A DNA stretch of 64,000 nt from Octopus bimaculoides (taxonomy: Eukaryota). The stretch is from NCBI RefSeq assembly GCF_001194135.2, contig NC_068998.1, positions 50,788,646 through 50,852,645 of the forward strand, in the 5' to 3' direction. Below, piece after piece: positions 52,964 through 64,000 of the stretch. The notes beneath the pieces were generated by a model, which saw only the letters and a list, made by a program, of their open reading frames with translations, was not told where the DNA came from and made no database searches. The stretch's first letter is position 1, and each line of letters starts with the position of its first letter. The translations under genes were made by a program, and so were the position numbers.

Positions 52964-55900
52964 TGGGTGGGTGTTAAGAAGCTTGCTTCCCAAGCACATG
53001 GGGATGGTGAAGGTTGAGGTGGTGATGGTGGTGATGGTGGTTATGGTGGTAGTGGTGGTTTTGGCTGTGGTGGTGACAGTGGTGGTAGTAACAATGTTTT
53101 ATACTAGAAGCTTCTGCTTCCCTGGTGAATCAAATATAAGGTCCCTAACTTGTCTGAATAATTCCTCTAGTGAACATTGATGTATATATTATACACAAAT
53201 ACACATGCTAACATATATATATATATTGTACACATATATATTATACACACATGTATGTATACTACACACACATCCACTGTGTATATATGCGTGTATTTAT
53301 ATACATGTTGTTATATGTGTGAATACATATATATATATACATATATACACACACATGTATATTTATATATATCTATATCTACATATATATCTATATCTAC
53401 ATATATACATACATGCTAGAATAAGAATAGCCTGGGCAAAGTTTAGAGAGCTCTTACCCCTGCTGGCGACAAAGGGACTCTCACTCAGAGTAAAAGGCAG
53501 ACTGTATGACGCATGCGTACGAACAACCATGCTACATGGCAGTGAAACATGGGCTGTAACTGCTGAGGACATACGTAAGCTCGCAAGGAATGAAGCCAGT
53601 ATGCTCCGTTGGATGTGTAATGTCAATGTGAATACCCGTCAGAGTGTAAGTATCTTGAGAGAAAAGCTGAACATTAGAAGCATCAGTTGTGGCGTGCAAG
53701 AGAGACGATTGCGCTGGTATGGACATGTGGTGAGAATGGAGNNNNNNNNNNNNNNNNNNNNNNNNNNNNNNNNNNNNNNNNNNNNNNNNNNNNNNNNNNN
53801 NNNNNNNNNNNNNNNNNNNNNNNNNNNNNNNNNNNNNNNNNNNNNNNNNNNNNNNNNNNNNNNNNNNNNNNNNNNNNNNNNNNNNNNNNNNNNNNNNNNN
53901 NNNNNNNNNNNNNNNNNNNNNNNNNNNNNNNNNNNNNNNNNNNNNNNNNNNNNNNNNNNNNNNNNNNNNNNNNNNNNNNNNNNNNNNNNNNNNNNNNNNN
54001 NNNNNNNNNNNNNNNNNNNNNNNNNNNNNNNNNNNNNNNNNNNNNNNNNNNNNNNNNNNNNNNNNNNNNNNNNNNNNNNNNNNNNNNNNNNNNNNNNNNN
54101 NNNNNNNNNNNNGTGCGGGTGGCACATAAAAGACACCATTTCGAGCGTGGCCGTTTTCGTGCGGGTGACACGTAAAAGCACCCACTACACTCTCTGAGTG
54201 GTTGGCGTTAGGAAGGGCATCCAGCTGTAGAAACTCTGCCAAATCAGACTGGAGCCTGGTGTTGCCATCCGGTTTCACCAGTCCTCAGTCAAATCGTCCA
54301 ACCCATGCTAGCATGGAAAGCGGACGTTAAACGATGATGATGATGATGATGATGATGTATATTTCATATATCTATGTATATATATACACAGACACAGTTA
54401 GTGTATACACGTTTAGACAAACACACTATATAGATACATATTATACACGTTACTGCAATTTGTATCAGTCAAATATATATCATATCGTTTGAACTCATTC
54501 ATGCATGTTCTGCAATTTAACACTTCAATGAATTTTTCCTCCTATAAAGTATTTAAATGACTGGTTTCTTTGTTCTGTTTTGTTCTGTGAGTGATCCATA
54601 ACAAAGTCATTGCCCCGATGATCCTCCATAACTTTTCTACACATTCTCTATATATTGTTCTGATGCTCACCAATAGTGTTCTAAAAACTAACCAATCAGC
54701 GTCTCTAATTTATTTGTTCATGTGGTGTCTTACCTTACTCCACCCACCAACTGAATATATAAACCATAACATTTATTTCTTCGCTGGTGTTCCATAGCTG
54801 ACCTAACATTTCAGCATAAATGTTAAGTATTTTGATTTAATAGTAATAACAATTGTGATGGTGATGATGTTGATGATTATCTTTCACATAATGATGATGA
54901 TGATCATCATCATCATCATTGTGTATCATATGTCTGCAACATGTTGACAATACTACAGCGAAAGTATTCCCAATTAAGCGCAAGTCCTCCATCTGCTTTG
55001 CCGCTCTTGTCCAACCAGCTCATGACATGGCCCCATCCTCTGCCTTCTTTTGCCTCCCTATAGATCGACTACCCTCGACTCTTCCTTCCATGAAAATGCT
55101 TTCCACACCCAGGCTTCTTTGAATATGGCTCCACAAAAACTTTGGACCTTGTACGCACAGGAGCAAGGAGTAGCATTACCGATTTCAAATTTTTGCACAA
55201 CTCCAGCACAAGGCCTGAAAATTTGGGGAGGGGTATAATTGATTTNNNNNNNNNNNNNNNNNNNNNNNNNNNNNNNNNNNNNNNNNNNNNNNNNNNNNNN
55301 NNNNNNNNNNNNNNNNNNNNNNNNNNNNNNNNNNNNNNNNNNNNNNNNNNNNNNNNNNNNNNNNNNNNNNNNNNNNNNNNNNNNNNNNNNNNNNNNNNNN
55401 NNNNNNNNNNNNCGTTCTTAAATGGTGATTATTGACCCTGAAAGAGATGGAAAGCAAAGTCGACCTTAGCAGAATTTGAACTCAGAATGTAATAGAACCA
55501 GAAGAGATATCACAAAGCATTTTGGTCAACGTGCAACTAATCCAGCTTTAATAGTAATGATAATGATGACGGCGATGATGATGATATCTCTTCCAGCATA
55601 AATACAGCAGAAATACAGATTTAAACAAACATACAAGACTATTTACTCGTGTAATGGAGACCGTCGAGATGTATTATCTTAATTGTGGGACAACCATTGT
55701 AAAAAGTACAACAGGCAAAAAGTCTGCACCGTATTGTGTTTCCTTATCTTTGATTAAATCTCCATTTGTAGCAGATTATTAAACACGTTCTACGTGTTTC
55801 ATCAATTGTCATATCTTATTCAGAAAATAAGGTACTACACAGTACCACATTATACAAGGTGTCCTCATATCTTTTTTCAACAGGTGTCACAGGTATGGCT

Positions 55901-58105
55901 ATGTTGTTAAAAGGTCATATTCACCACTTCACTGAGAATACTGAAAGTTATTCAAAAGTGGGTCTCTAGGCGCAGGTGTGGCTGTGTGGTAAGAAGCCTG
56001 CTTCCCAACAACATGGCTCTGTGTCCAGCCCCACTGCGCGACACCTTGACAAGTGTCTTCCACTATAGCCTCGGGCCAACCAAAGACTTCTGAGTGGATT
56101 TAGTAGACGGAAACTGAAAGAAGCCCATCGTATATATGTATATTAACATATATATGTGTGCGTTTGTGTATCTGTCAATCAAGTCCCCCCACAAGGCTTT
56201 GGTCAGTCTGAGGCCATAGTAGAAGATATTTGCCCAAGGTGCCACGCAATGGGACAGAACCTGGAAACATGTAGTTGGGAAGTAAATACCTTACCACACA
56301 ACCACACCTGATGACTGGCTTCTTTCCCTTTCAGTCTACCTCATCCACACACAACGCTTTGGTCAGCACAGGGGCTTTAAGTACAATGCACTTGTCCAAG
56401 GTGGCACTCAGTGGAATAGAACCTAAAGCTTAATGGTTGCAAGGCAAACTTCTTACCACACAGCCACGTCTATCCTTATATAAATATCATCAGATAAAAA
56501 TATTTTTAAAAACTCAACATTCTCGTCAACGAAACAAACTACAACACAGCTACAACACTGAAAACTGAGTCTTTGGGATTATTCGTGCTACATTCCTAGC
56601 AAAAATATTTCATTTCCTCCAAGACTTCCTTTAGTTGATAATTTTACTCAAGAGCTCTATTTATGTGTTTATTTATTATTTATTTTTTAATATTTTTTTT
56701 TAAACATATTTTGGCAAATTCCATTATTCAAGGATTTCCTGTACATTAAATGCAGTCTTGATATGGTATGTTGTAAAGTGATACGGTCAAACAAAATGCT
56801 TGTTTTTGTTTGTTTTGTGGGGTAGGGCTTTTTTATTTGCTAATTTTTTTTTTCACGTCTCCTGGATTAAATATATGTTTGACTATAAAATTTCAAGACA
56901 GTCATGTGACCCAACCAACACAGACATCATCATAGGAGCAAAAATAAGAAGAAAATGGAAAAAAAATGAAGACAATTAACCCATGAAACCTATACAGCAA
57001 ACAAAGGAATGCAGTTGATAAAATTTTTATGTGCATATAGGTGCAGGAGTGGCTGTGTGGTAAGTAACCTGCTTACCAACTACATGGTTCAGGGCTCAGT
57101 CCCACTGCGGGGCACATTGTGCAAGTGTCTTCTACTACAACCTCGGACCAACCAAAGTGGATTTGGTAGACAGAAACTGAAGGAAGCGTGTTGTGTGTGT
57201 ATATATATCAGGAAGACCTGGGCTGAGGTGGTGAGGCAAGACCTTCGTACATTGGGCCTCACCGAGGCGATGACTACGGACCGAGACCTTTGGAAATGGG
57301 CTGTGCGTGAGAAGACCCGGCAAGCCAAGTAAGATCGTTGCCAGTGCCCCTGGACTGGTTCTTGTGCGGGTGGCACATGAGATGCACCATTTTGAGCGTG
57401 GCCGTTGCCAGTACCGCCTGACTGGCTCCTGTAGGATTTTCGAGCNNNNNNNNNNNNNNNNNNNNNNNNNNNNNNNNNNNNNNNNNNNNNNNNNNNNNNN
57501 NNNNNNNNNNNNNNNNNNNNNNNNNNNNNNNNNNNNNNNNNNNNNNNNNNNNNNNNNNNNNNNNNNNNNNNNNNNNNNNNNNNNNNNNNNNNNNNNNNNN
57601 NNNNNNNNNNNNNNNNNNNNNNNNNNNNNNNNNNNNNNNNNNNNNNNNNNNNNNNNNNNNNNNNNNNNNNNNNNNNNNNNNNNNNNNNNNNNNNNNNNNN
57701 NNNNNNNNNNNNNCTGCCAAATCAGACTGGAGCCTGGTGTTGCCATCCGGTTTCACCAGTCCTCAGTCAAATCGTCCAACCCATGCTAGCATGGAAAGCG
57801 GACGTTAAACGATGATGATGATGATGATGATATATATATATACACACGTAAAAGCACCCACTACACTCTCTGAGTGGTTGGCGTTAGGAAGGGCATCCAG
57901 CTGTAGAAACTCTGCCAAATCAGACTGGAGCCTGGTGTTGCCATCCAGTTTCACCAGTCCTCAGTCAAATCGTCCAACCCATGCTAGCATGGAAAGCGGA
58001 CGTTAAACGATGATGATGATATATTGCAGGAGTCGCTGTGTGGTAAGTAGCTTGCTTACCAACCACAGGGTTCTGAGTTCAGTTCCATTGCATGGCACCT
58101 TCGTC

Positions 58106-58158
<53 letters not shown>

Positions 58159-59298
58159 ATGTATGTATGGATGTATATATATATATATATATAGAAAGAG
58201 AGGCAGAGAATGAGAGAGAGAAAAAAGTGAGGTTGTGAAACTAGTAGTTGTAATGTGATTGAAGGATAAACCACTTTTGCATAATTTTTGTGTGTATATA
58301 TTTATGTGTGTGTGTGTGTGTGTGTGTGTATGCAATTATATGATGCTGATGATGATGATGACAATAATACAAAAGTTGGATATATTTATACATTTATACA
58401 CGCACACATATATATATAAACACTCTGTATGTGTATATATGTACGAACATAGAAACTGACTGCAATGTTGCGCTTACCCTCACTAAATATCACTTCTTTT
58501 TTCATGCACAGAATCTCTTGGTAACCTTTGCGGAATGCTTCACTTCGAAGGGCATAGATGATTGGGTTGCAAGCGCTGTTCAGGTAAGCAAACAAGTAAA
58601 CCTACACAACAAAAAGAGAATGCTGGGTGTTGTTATATGTTTGACCACATGTTTACGATTGGCAAAAAAAAATTTTTTAAATACTGAATACTTATTTCTG
58701 CACAACAGCGGAATAAGTATTACTTCTGACCATGTTAAAGCGATCAGAGCTCAGACCTTCAATATATTACAGGCATTCATTTTAATGGACTTATTCCTCT
58801 ATAGATACATCAAAGTCAATCTGAGAAGAACTATATCTAACCCCTTTGCTATCTTTTTTCTGATAAAATGCCCTGCTTTTGTTTCACTAAATTATAAAAA
58901 TAATGAAGAATTTAGTAATTTTGTTATTAAGCGGTTGTCTGCTGAAATTTTGACGTGAGACTAATTTAGATCAGTTTTAACTATTTTATTACCACATCTC
59001 TGTGGAAATGCATGGTCTTTGCTTTAATTAAAGTTGGAAATTATGAAGAATTTAGTAAAATATCTTCATTCTTAAGCTGCTGAGTGAAAGATAAATAAAC
59101 ATGAAATTGCAGTAGTAGGTTTTAATAAATCCACTTAGAATAGGAAGATTGAATGGGAAAACCATGGTACGTACACAACCAGAATATCCTATTTGATACT
59201 TGCCAAACATAGGCCGGAACCACAAGTTTATATAACCCTACCTAGCGCATATCTTTTCAAGTACCTGATTCTATTTGAATCCATATTTTACACTATCT

Positions 59299-59372
<74 letters not shown>

Positions 59373-60403
59373 ACCAGAGATTATGTTAGCTTCATGAACG
59401 GATGGTATCATGAAGGGATGGTGTTTTTTTACATGCCATCAGCACAGGGTTACTTTTAATGAACTATAGCCATGAAGGTTTTGAGTGTAGCATGGTTACG
59501 AGTTCAATGTCGAAAATGAATACAAGAATAAAAGGAAGGAAAATGAAATTAAAGTCTACTTACTATTGGGTTCATGATGGGGTTAAAGTTCCTCGTAGAC
59601 TTATTGAGCGAGACATACATGGAATATATATGGTAAGGCATCCAACAAAGGACGAAACAGGCGAGCACAATAAACAGTGTAAAGATCACTTTCTTCTGTT
59701 GAGCTAAAATGGTATCTTTCCTTAGTCGGGTGTTCTGTTGTAGACGCTTTGTATGAGCACGTATCTCGCGGTACATGCTGATGTAGGTAAATGCCATAAC
59801 ACTCAGTGGAATTAAAATAACTGTCACTTGAATAATCGTATGGTGAATATAGCTTTTCCTCTCGTTGGGGTAGAGAGGACCGCATTGTGAAGTACCATAT
59901 TTGAAGCAGACACTAGTCAGTCCGGTGATTGTCATTGTGGCACAAAATATCGCCCAAATCCAGGCAGCAGCCACCATTATGAAAATGCGTGAGATGGTGA
60001 TGAACCTGCTGAATGGGCGTGTGATAGAAAAGTACTTGTGTACACTAATGTACATGAGTGTGTGACAAGAAGTTATGTAGCACAGCGCATTCATGAAGCC
60101 GTTCACGTTGCAGAACCGCTCTCCAAAGATCCACTTACCAGAAATGATTGTAATAAGGGTAAACGGTGCCATTAGTGTTCCTACAAGCAAGTCTGCTAGT
60201 GCTAAGTTCAGTAGGAACAGATTTGTTCTGGTGCGCATCCCTTTGTGTCGTAGGATGACTGTGATCACAAGAAAGTTTCCAACGATTATACAAACCATGA
60301 GTATGATGGAAACTATGGATAGAATGACGGTTGCTGGCAAATTCCATGGGCTCTCCAATGAAGTGTCGTTGGAATTCAGGTCGATACATTCTGACTGGTT
60401 CAT
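32191..60403 (-). CDS. Orphan class A (rhodopsin-like) GPCR; minimal model with exons 60403-59564, 58601-58478 and 32876-32191; 1650 nt, about 549 aa
   Basis: Seven hydrophobic segments with GN (TM1), NLALADL (TM2), WIFGERFC (ECL1/TM3), CWMPY (TM6) and NPIIY (TM7) motifs; helix 8 [10 protein letters not shown]. Splice phases match (0, then 1). An in-frame stop lies upstream of the ATG. Confidence 0.88.
33146..33551 (-). mobile_element. Same hammerhead-SINE (copy 2, 33416-33146) plus an inverted 90-bp copy of its 3' part (33462-33551)
   Basis: Head, body and tail align with copy 1. The arms 33177-33266 and 33462-33551 are reverse complements with 4 mismatches in 90 nt. Confidence 0.8.
33703..33918 (-). 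mobile_element. SINE family B with a 15-bp target-site duplication
   Basis: Flanks taccggtttaataat (33688-33702) and taccagtttgataat (33919-33933), 13/15 identical. Confidence 0.8.
35435..35693. mobile_element. hAT-like MITE
   Basis: Perfect 12-bp TIR cagtggttctca/tgagaaccactg. Diverged relatives at about 9607-9855 and 15925-16175. Confidence 0.75.
36069..36175. repeat. 26-bp tandem repeat, 4 copies
   Basis: aattgctttatat(a/t)tatgatttaaaa with alternating variants. Confidence 0.85.
36385..36925. repeat. Degenerate minisatellite, unit about 28 bp
   Basis: Core acaaactagaaaacagatagggctagaa, best preserved at 36547-36615. Confidence 0.65.
38400..38660 (-). mobile_element. Diverged RTE 3'-end copy
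   Basis: Reverse complement of the same 3' UTR, with a (CAT)n tail on the plus strand. Confidence 0.75.
38671..39334 (+). mobile_element. Degenerate maT/Bmmar1-like (DD37D) transposase remnant
   Basis: [36 protein letters not shown]...DYYI*SIVEKK...EGRFIE*, with multiple stops and frameshifts. Confidence 0.7.
39969..40576. mobile_element. TIR element of about 600 bp, possibly PIF/Harbinger (Tourist)-like
   Basis: gtaaggggcgcaactcat..agatc at 39969-39995 is inverted at 40550-40576; TAA/TTA flanks the GGGGCGCAACTCAT core. Confidence 0.65.
43107..43394. repeat. Degenerate minisatellite, unit about 37 bp, about 8 units
   Basis: Consensus approximately ggtgtgacatcataacctgacccttaagtgcctttac. Confidence 0.8.
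43700..44590. repeat. Trinucleotide repeat field (TAG/CAG/GAT/AAT)
   Basis: Seen directly in the sequence. Confidence 0.95.
47268..47440 (-). mobile_element. SINE family A, 3' half
   Basis: Reverse complement of the family A tail. Confidence 0.7.
51770..51940 (+). mobile_element. SINE family A, 3' half
   Basis: Family A tail. Confidence 0.75.
52020..52500 (+). mobile_element. Older RTE-clade LINE remnant (second subfamily)
   Basis: [10 protein letters not shown]...[28 protein letters not shown]...EHI*NEII...RAGHAA..WCPR..GRRP, with stops. Confidence 0.7.
53415..54356 (+). mobile_element. 5'-truncated RTE-clade LINE spanning an N-gap
   Basis: Intact frame [17 protein letters not shown]...LHGSETWAV...[13 protein letters not shown] up to the gap, then 3' UTR and (GAT)n tail. 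Confidence 0.9.
54900..55140 (-). mobile_element. RTE/Bov-B-like LINE C-terminal remnant
   Basis: Minus-strand [32 protein letters not shown]... followed by a (GAT)n tail. Confidence 0.6.
55968..56320. mobile_element. Two SINE family A heads in opposite orientation
   Basis: Plus-strand head at 55968-56140 and minus-strand head at about 56190-56320. Confidence 0.7.
57210..57831 (+). mobile_element. 5'-truncated RTE-clade LINE (same family)
   Basis: [40 protein letters not shown] then 3' UTR, gap and (GAT)n tail; near-identical to the 3' end at 54170-54356. Confidence 0.88.
57844..58021 (+). mobile_element. Short RTE 3'-end copy
   Basis: cacgtaaaagcacccactacactctc...ggacgttaaac(gat)n, nearly identical to 54170-54340. 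Confidence 0.85.
58478..58601 (-). CDS. GPCR coding exon 2 ([41 protein letters not shown])
   Basis: tttttgttgtgtag| acceptor; G|gtaagc donor; 124 nt, phase 0 to 1. Confidence 0.93.
59564..60403 (-). CDS. GPCR coding exon 1 (N-terminus to start of TM7)
   Basis: 840 nt; N-glycosylation sequons NQS and NDT; donor ATA|gtaagt. The exon acceptor (ttttaacag|) is at 60518, so a 5' UTR intron lies upstream. Confidence 0.93.
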
Positions 60404-61339
60404 TGTGCTGTCCAGAAGGATTTACTGTTTGAAATTGGGTATCAGCACCACCACCACCACCACTGCCACTTACTACTTCCTTATGTCATCACCAGTTCCA
60501 TGAAATTTTTGGAAAATTCTGTTAAAAGAGAGGAAAAAAAAAATATGTTAAAAATATATTCAAAGCCAAATAATTGAAGAATGAGCAATTACACAAACGT
60601 GTATGTGTCGGNNNNNNNNNNNNNNNNNNNNNNNNNNNNNNNNNNNNNNNNNNNNNNNNNNNNNNNNNNNNNNNNNNNNNNNNNNNNNNNNNNNNNNNNN
60701 AATGTCTGTTTGTTTTGACATGAATCGATGGTTGAAAACAAACATCATCATCAAACATCATACCACTTGCGTCATTTGGTTTAAGTCTTCCGTGGAAATG
60801 CATACGCCAAGGGATAAACTTCACCTTATATGGAAACAGTTGAGGGTTGGCAACAGGAAGGACATCCATGCGTAGAAAACCTGCCTCAACAATTTCTGTC
60901 CAACTCATGCTTGCATGGAAAAGAAGACAATGATGATGTACGAGTTGGATGTTTTTTTTTTTTTTGAAGTTGGTCTTTTACAGCTGGACGCTTTTCCTGC
61001 TCCCAACACTATTAGTTGCTTCACACAACACCCAGGGAAGCAGTGATCATATTCCAAAACCAGGATACACACTTCACAACATCCACGACCACGACCACGA
61101 CAACCACCACCACCACTATATTGGTTTAATGTATGAATTAGCTGCAATTCTTTTGCCAAAAACCATGTCTTATTTGCCCTGCCGGCATGCATGACACTGC
61201 CAACTTATTTAGTATTTTTCACCTGGTCTTCACCTGAGTCTATCTATTAACATTTATTGCAATCTCCAGATAAGGGTGGATGCTCTCCACCCTGAACAAA
61301 ATCATTCCCGTCACTTACGTAAATAATAGAGATAACGAT

Positions 61340-61733
61340 AGTGATGACAACGATGATGGTAGTGGTGGTGGTGGTGATGATGATGTTGATGATGATGAAG
61401 ATGATGATGATGGTGATGATGATGATGATGAAGATGATGATGATGGTGATGATGATGAAGAAATTCTGTAATAGTTCATCTTACTTATCAGGCAAACATT
61501 CTTTACTTAATCTCTGGCCCATGATCAACTTTTTTCTCTTTTATCATTATCTCTCATCATCATCATCATATCATCATCCACCACCATCATTATTATTATC
61601 ATCATCATCATCATCGTCATCATCATCATCATCATCATCATCATTATCATCATTATTATTACATTATTATTATTATTATCATTATTATCATTATTATCAT
61701 ATTATTATTATTATTATTATTATTATATTATTA

Positions 61734-61792
<59 letters not shown>
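61340..61792. repeat. Trinucleotide repeat field (GAT/CAT/TAT)
   Basis: Seen directly in the sequence. Confidence 0.95.
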
Positions 61793-62563
61793 ACTGCTAC
61801 CTTTAAAGCCTGTCTGGCTTTCTAATGCCATAACCAGATTATNNNNNNNNNNNNNNNNNNNNNNNNNNNNNNNNNNNNNNNNNNNNNNNNNNNNNNNNNN
61901 NNNNNNNNNNNNNNNNNNNNNNNNNNNNNNNNNNNNNNNNNNNNNNNNNNNNNNNNNNNNNNNNNNNNNNNNNNNNNNNNNNNNNNNNNNNNNNNNNNNN
62001 NNNNNNNNNNNNNNNNNNNNNNNNNNNNNNNNNNNNNNNNNNNNNNNNNNNNNNNNNNNNNNNNNNNNNNNNNNNNNNNNNNNNNNNNNNNNNNNNNNNN
62101 NNNNNNNNNNNNNNNNNNNNNNNNNNNNNNNNNNNNNNNNNNNNNNNNNNNNNNNNNNNNNNNNNNNNNNNNNNNNNNNNNNNNNNNNNNNNNNNNNNNN
62201 NNNNNNNNNNNNNNNNNNNNNNNNNNNNNNNNNNNNNNNNNNNNNNNNNNNNNNNNNNNNNNNNNNNNNNNNNNNNNNNNNNNNNNAAGAATCTTCATGT
62301 GGTCGTTCAACCTTCTAGAAATAGCAGCTAAATATACCTATTCATGTGTCTGGTGTCATGTAACTTGCATGTAAAAAAAGCTCCGTTCAAGTGTTGGGCC
62401 TCACGGAGGCAAAGTGGCTGACGCCAGGGGCACATGTAGAGCTCCTAACTAGTATCGGGCCTCACAGAGTCAATGACCGACACCTTTGGCATTCTGTTGT
62501 ACTTGAGAAGAAGATCCGATGATGACGATGATGATGATGACGATGATGACAGACTTCTCCTTT

Positions 62564-62622
<59 letters not shown>

Positions 62623-62913
62623 ATAGTAGCAGCAGTAGTGGTAGTAGTAGTAGCTGTATGTGTCCTTGTATCATTGAATGTAAAAACTATCTAAAGGCTC
62701 TTCCATTGACCTCATTAAACTGAAGAAACACAACATCCAAGACAGTGATGCTATGTCTTTGATCACTCTACCAAAACCACTTTTGCTCCTTGAAACTGGC
62801 TGGTGCCACAGAACAACAGCACACAGACCGTTGATAGGATCTCTCTATACGCAGCTGCCCTGAACCCAGAACACTGTTTGTGTTGACGGCAAGTAAACAA
62901 AGAAGGCAGAGAT

Positions 62914-63143
62914 TTAACCCTTTCGTTACCAACCCAACTGAAACCACTTCTGGTTCTAAGTACAAATGTCTTGTTTTCATAAGTTTTGAATTAAAATCTT
63001 CCACCAAACCTTAGTCACAATTTATGTTCCTAATTACTAGCTTAATGATAATGAAGTTATTTTACTAAATTCTTTGTTATATTTAAAATTAATTGAAAGA
63101 AACACAGAGCATCTCGACAGAAATATGGTAACAGAAGGGTTAA
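62914..63143. mobile_element. piggyBac-like MITE
   Basis: TTAA|ccctttcgttacc...ggtaacagaaggg|TTAA: a TTAA duplication and 13-bp TIRs (11/13). Related fragments occur at about 33002-33145 and 33640-33990. Confidence 0.8.
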
Positions 63144-63814
63144 GTCTAGTAATTATGTGACAATGATAGGGATTTTCTCAAGAGATGAGCCGTTGAGATT
63201 AGTGCAGTCTTTCGGACATCATCATCATCATCATTATCAGCATCATCAGTATCATCATTTAACGTCTGTTTTCTATACTGGCATGGGTCAGACAGTTTGA
63301 CAGGAGCTGGCCAGCTGAAGAACAAGGCCAATGCCAGTGCCGCCTGACTGGCTCCCATGCCGGTGGTACCTAAAAATCACCCACTACACTCTCGGAGTGG
63401 TTGGCGTTAGGAAAGGCATCCAGCTGTAGAAACACTGCCAGATCAGATTGGAGCCTGGTGTGGCCTCCTGGCTTGCCAGTCCCCAGTCAAACCGTCCAAC
63501 CCATGCTAGCATGGAAAACAGACATTAAATGACGGCAATGATGATGATGACAATGAAGATTGAAGACCAGTTTTTAACTATGCCTGGTACTGCAGCTATT
63601 ATTGTTTTCAATTCCCACATACTACCGATTTCTATCTCCAGACCTTTGCACTTAGTTAACTTTCCGAATTCTTCAACTAAGAGATTTCAATCAGTTCTTA
63701 ATGTCATACCAGCTTGATTGCAGGAATTTTTGTCATTGATCTTTGATAATAATAACAGATCTTTTGGCATTTATCTCTGTCTGTAAAATGTTATTATTAT
63801 TATTATTATTATTG

Positions 63815-64000
63815 AAGCAGGAAACTGGCAGAATCATTAGCATGCCAGACAAGATGCTTAGTGGCATACTGTCTATCTTTGCGTTCTGAGTTCAAATTCC
63901 ACTGAGGTTGACTGCCTTTCATCCTTTTGGGGATCAATAAAATACGAGTCAGTTGAGCACTAACTGACATATCCTTCCTCCAAGAATTGCTGGCCTTGAG
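63815..64000 (+). mobile_element. SINE family B
   Basis: tggcagaatcattagc...ctgagttcaaattcc...cctttcatcc core. Confidence 0.75.

Noticed and set aside
58478-60403. Opsin or biogenic-amine receptor identity for the GPCR
   Set aside because: No Lys at 7.43 and no Asp at 3.32, so no gene symbol was assigned.

Overview
AT-rich, microsatellite-dense eukaryotic DNA with about 11 N-gaps. The repeat families look like those of Octopus/coleoid cephalopods; this is inferred from recalled repeat sequences, not from a search. Two convergent protein-coding genes can be assembled by hand with consistent splice phases. (1) CIR1 (corepressor interacting with RBPJ 1), + strand, 9 coding exons at 8338-17744, about 586 aa, with an expanded RS-rich decapeptide repeat in the last exon. 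(2) An orphan class A (rhodopsin-like) GPCR, - strand, at least 3 coding exons at 60403-32191, about 549 aa. It has HKY in place of DRY and a 25.6-kb intron containing candidate extra exons. The rest is tRNA-derived SINEs, LINE remnants (RTE, CR1-like, R4/Dong-like), Tc1/mariner remnants, MITEs, minisatellites and simple repeats. The most notable non-coding observation is a tRNA-headed SINE carrying a minimal type I hammerhead ribozyme motif. It occurs as two full copies plus an inverted terminal copy in a Penelope-like arrangement. Most ORFs in the supplied track are microsatellite or N-gap artefacts.
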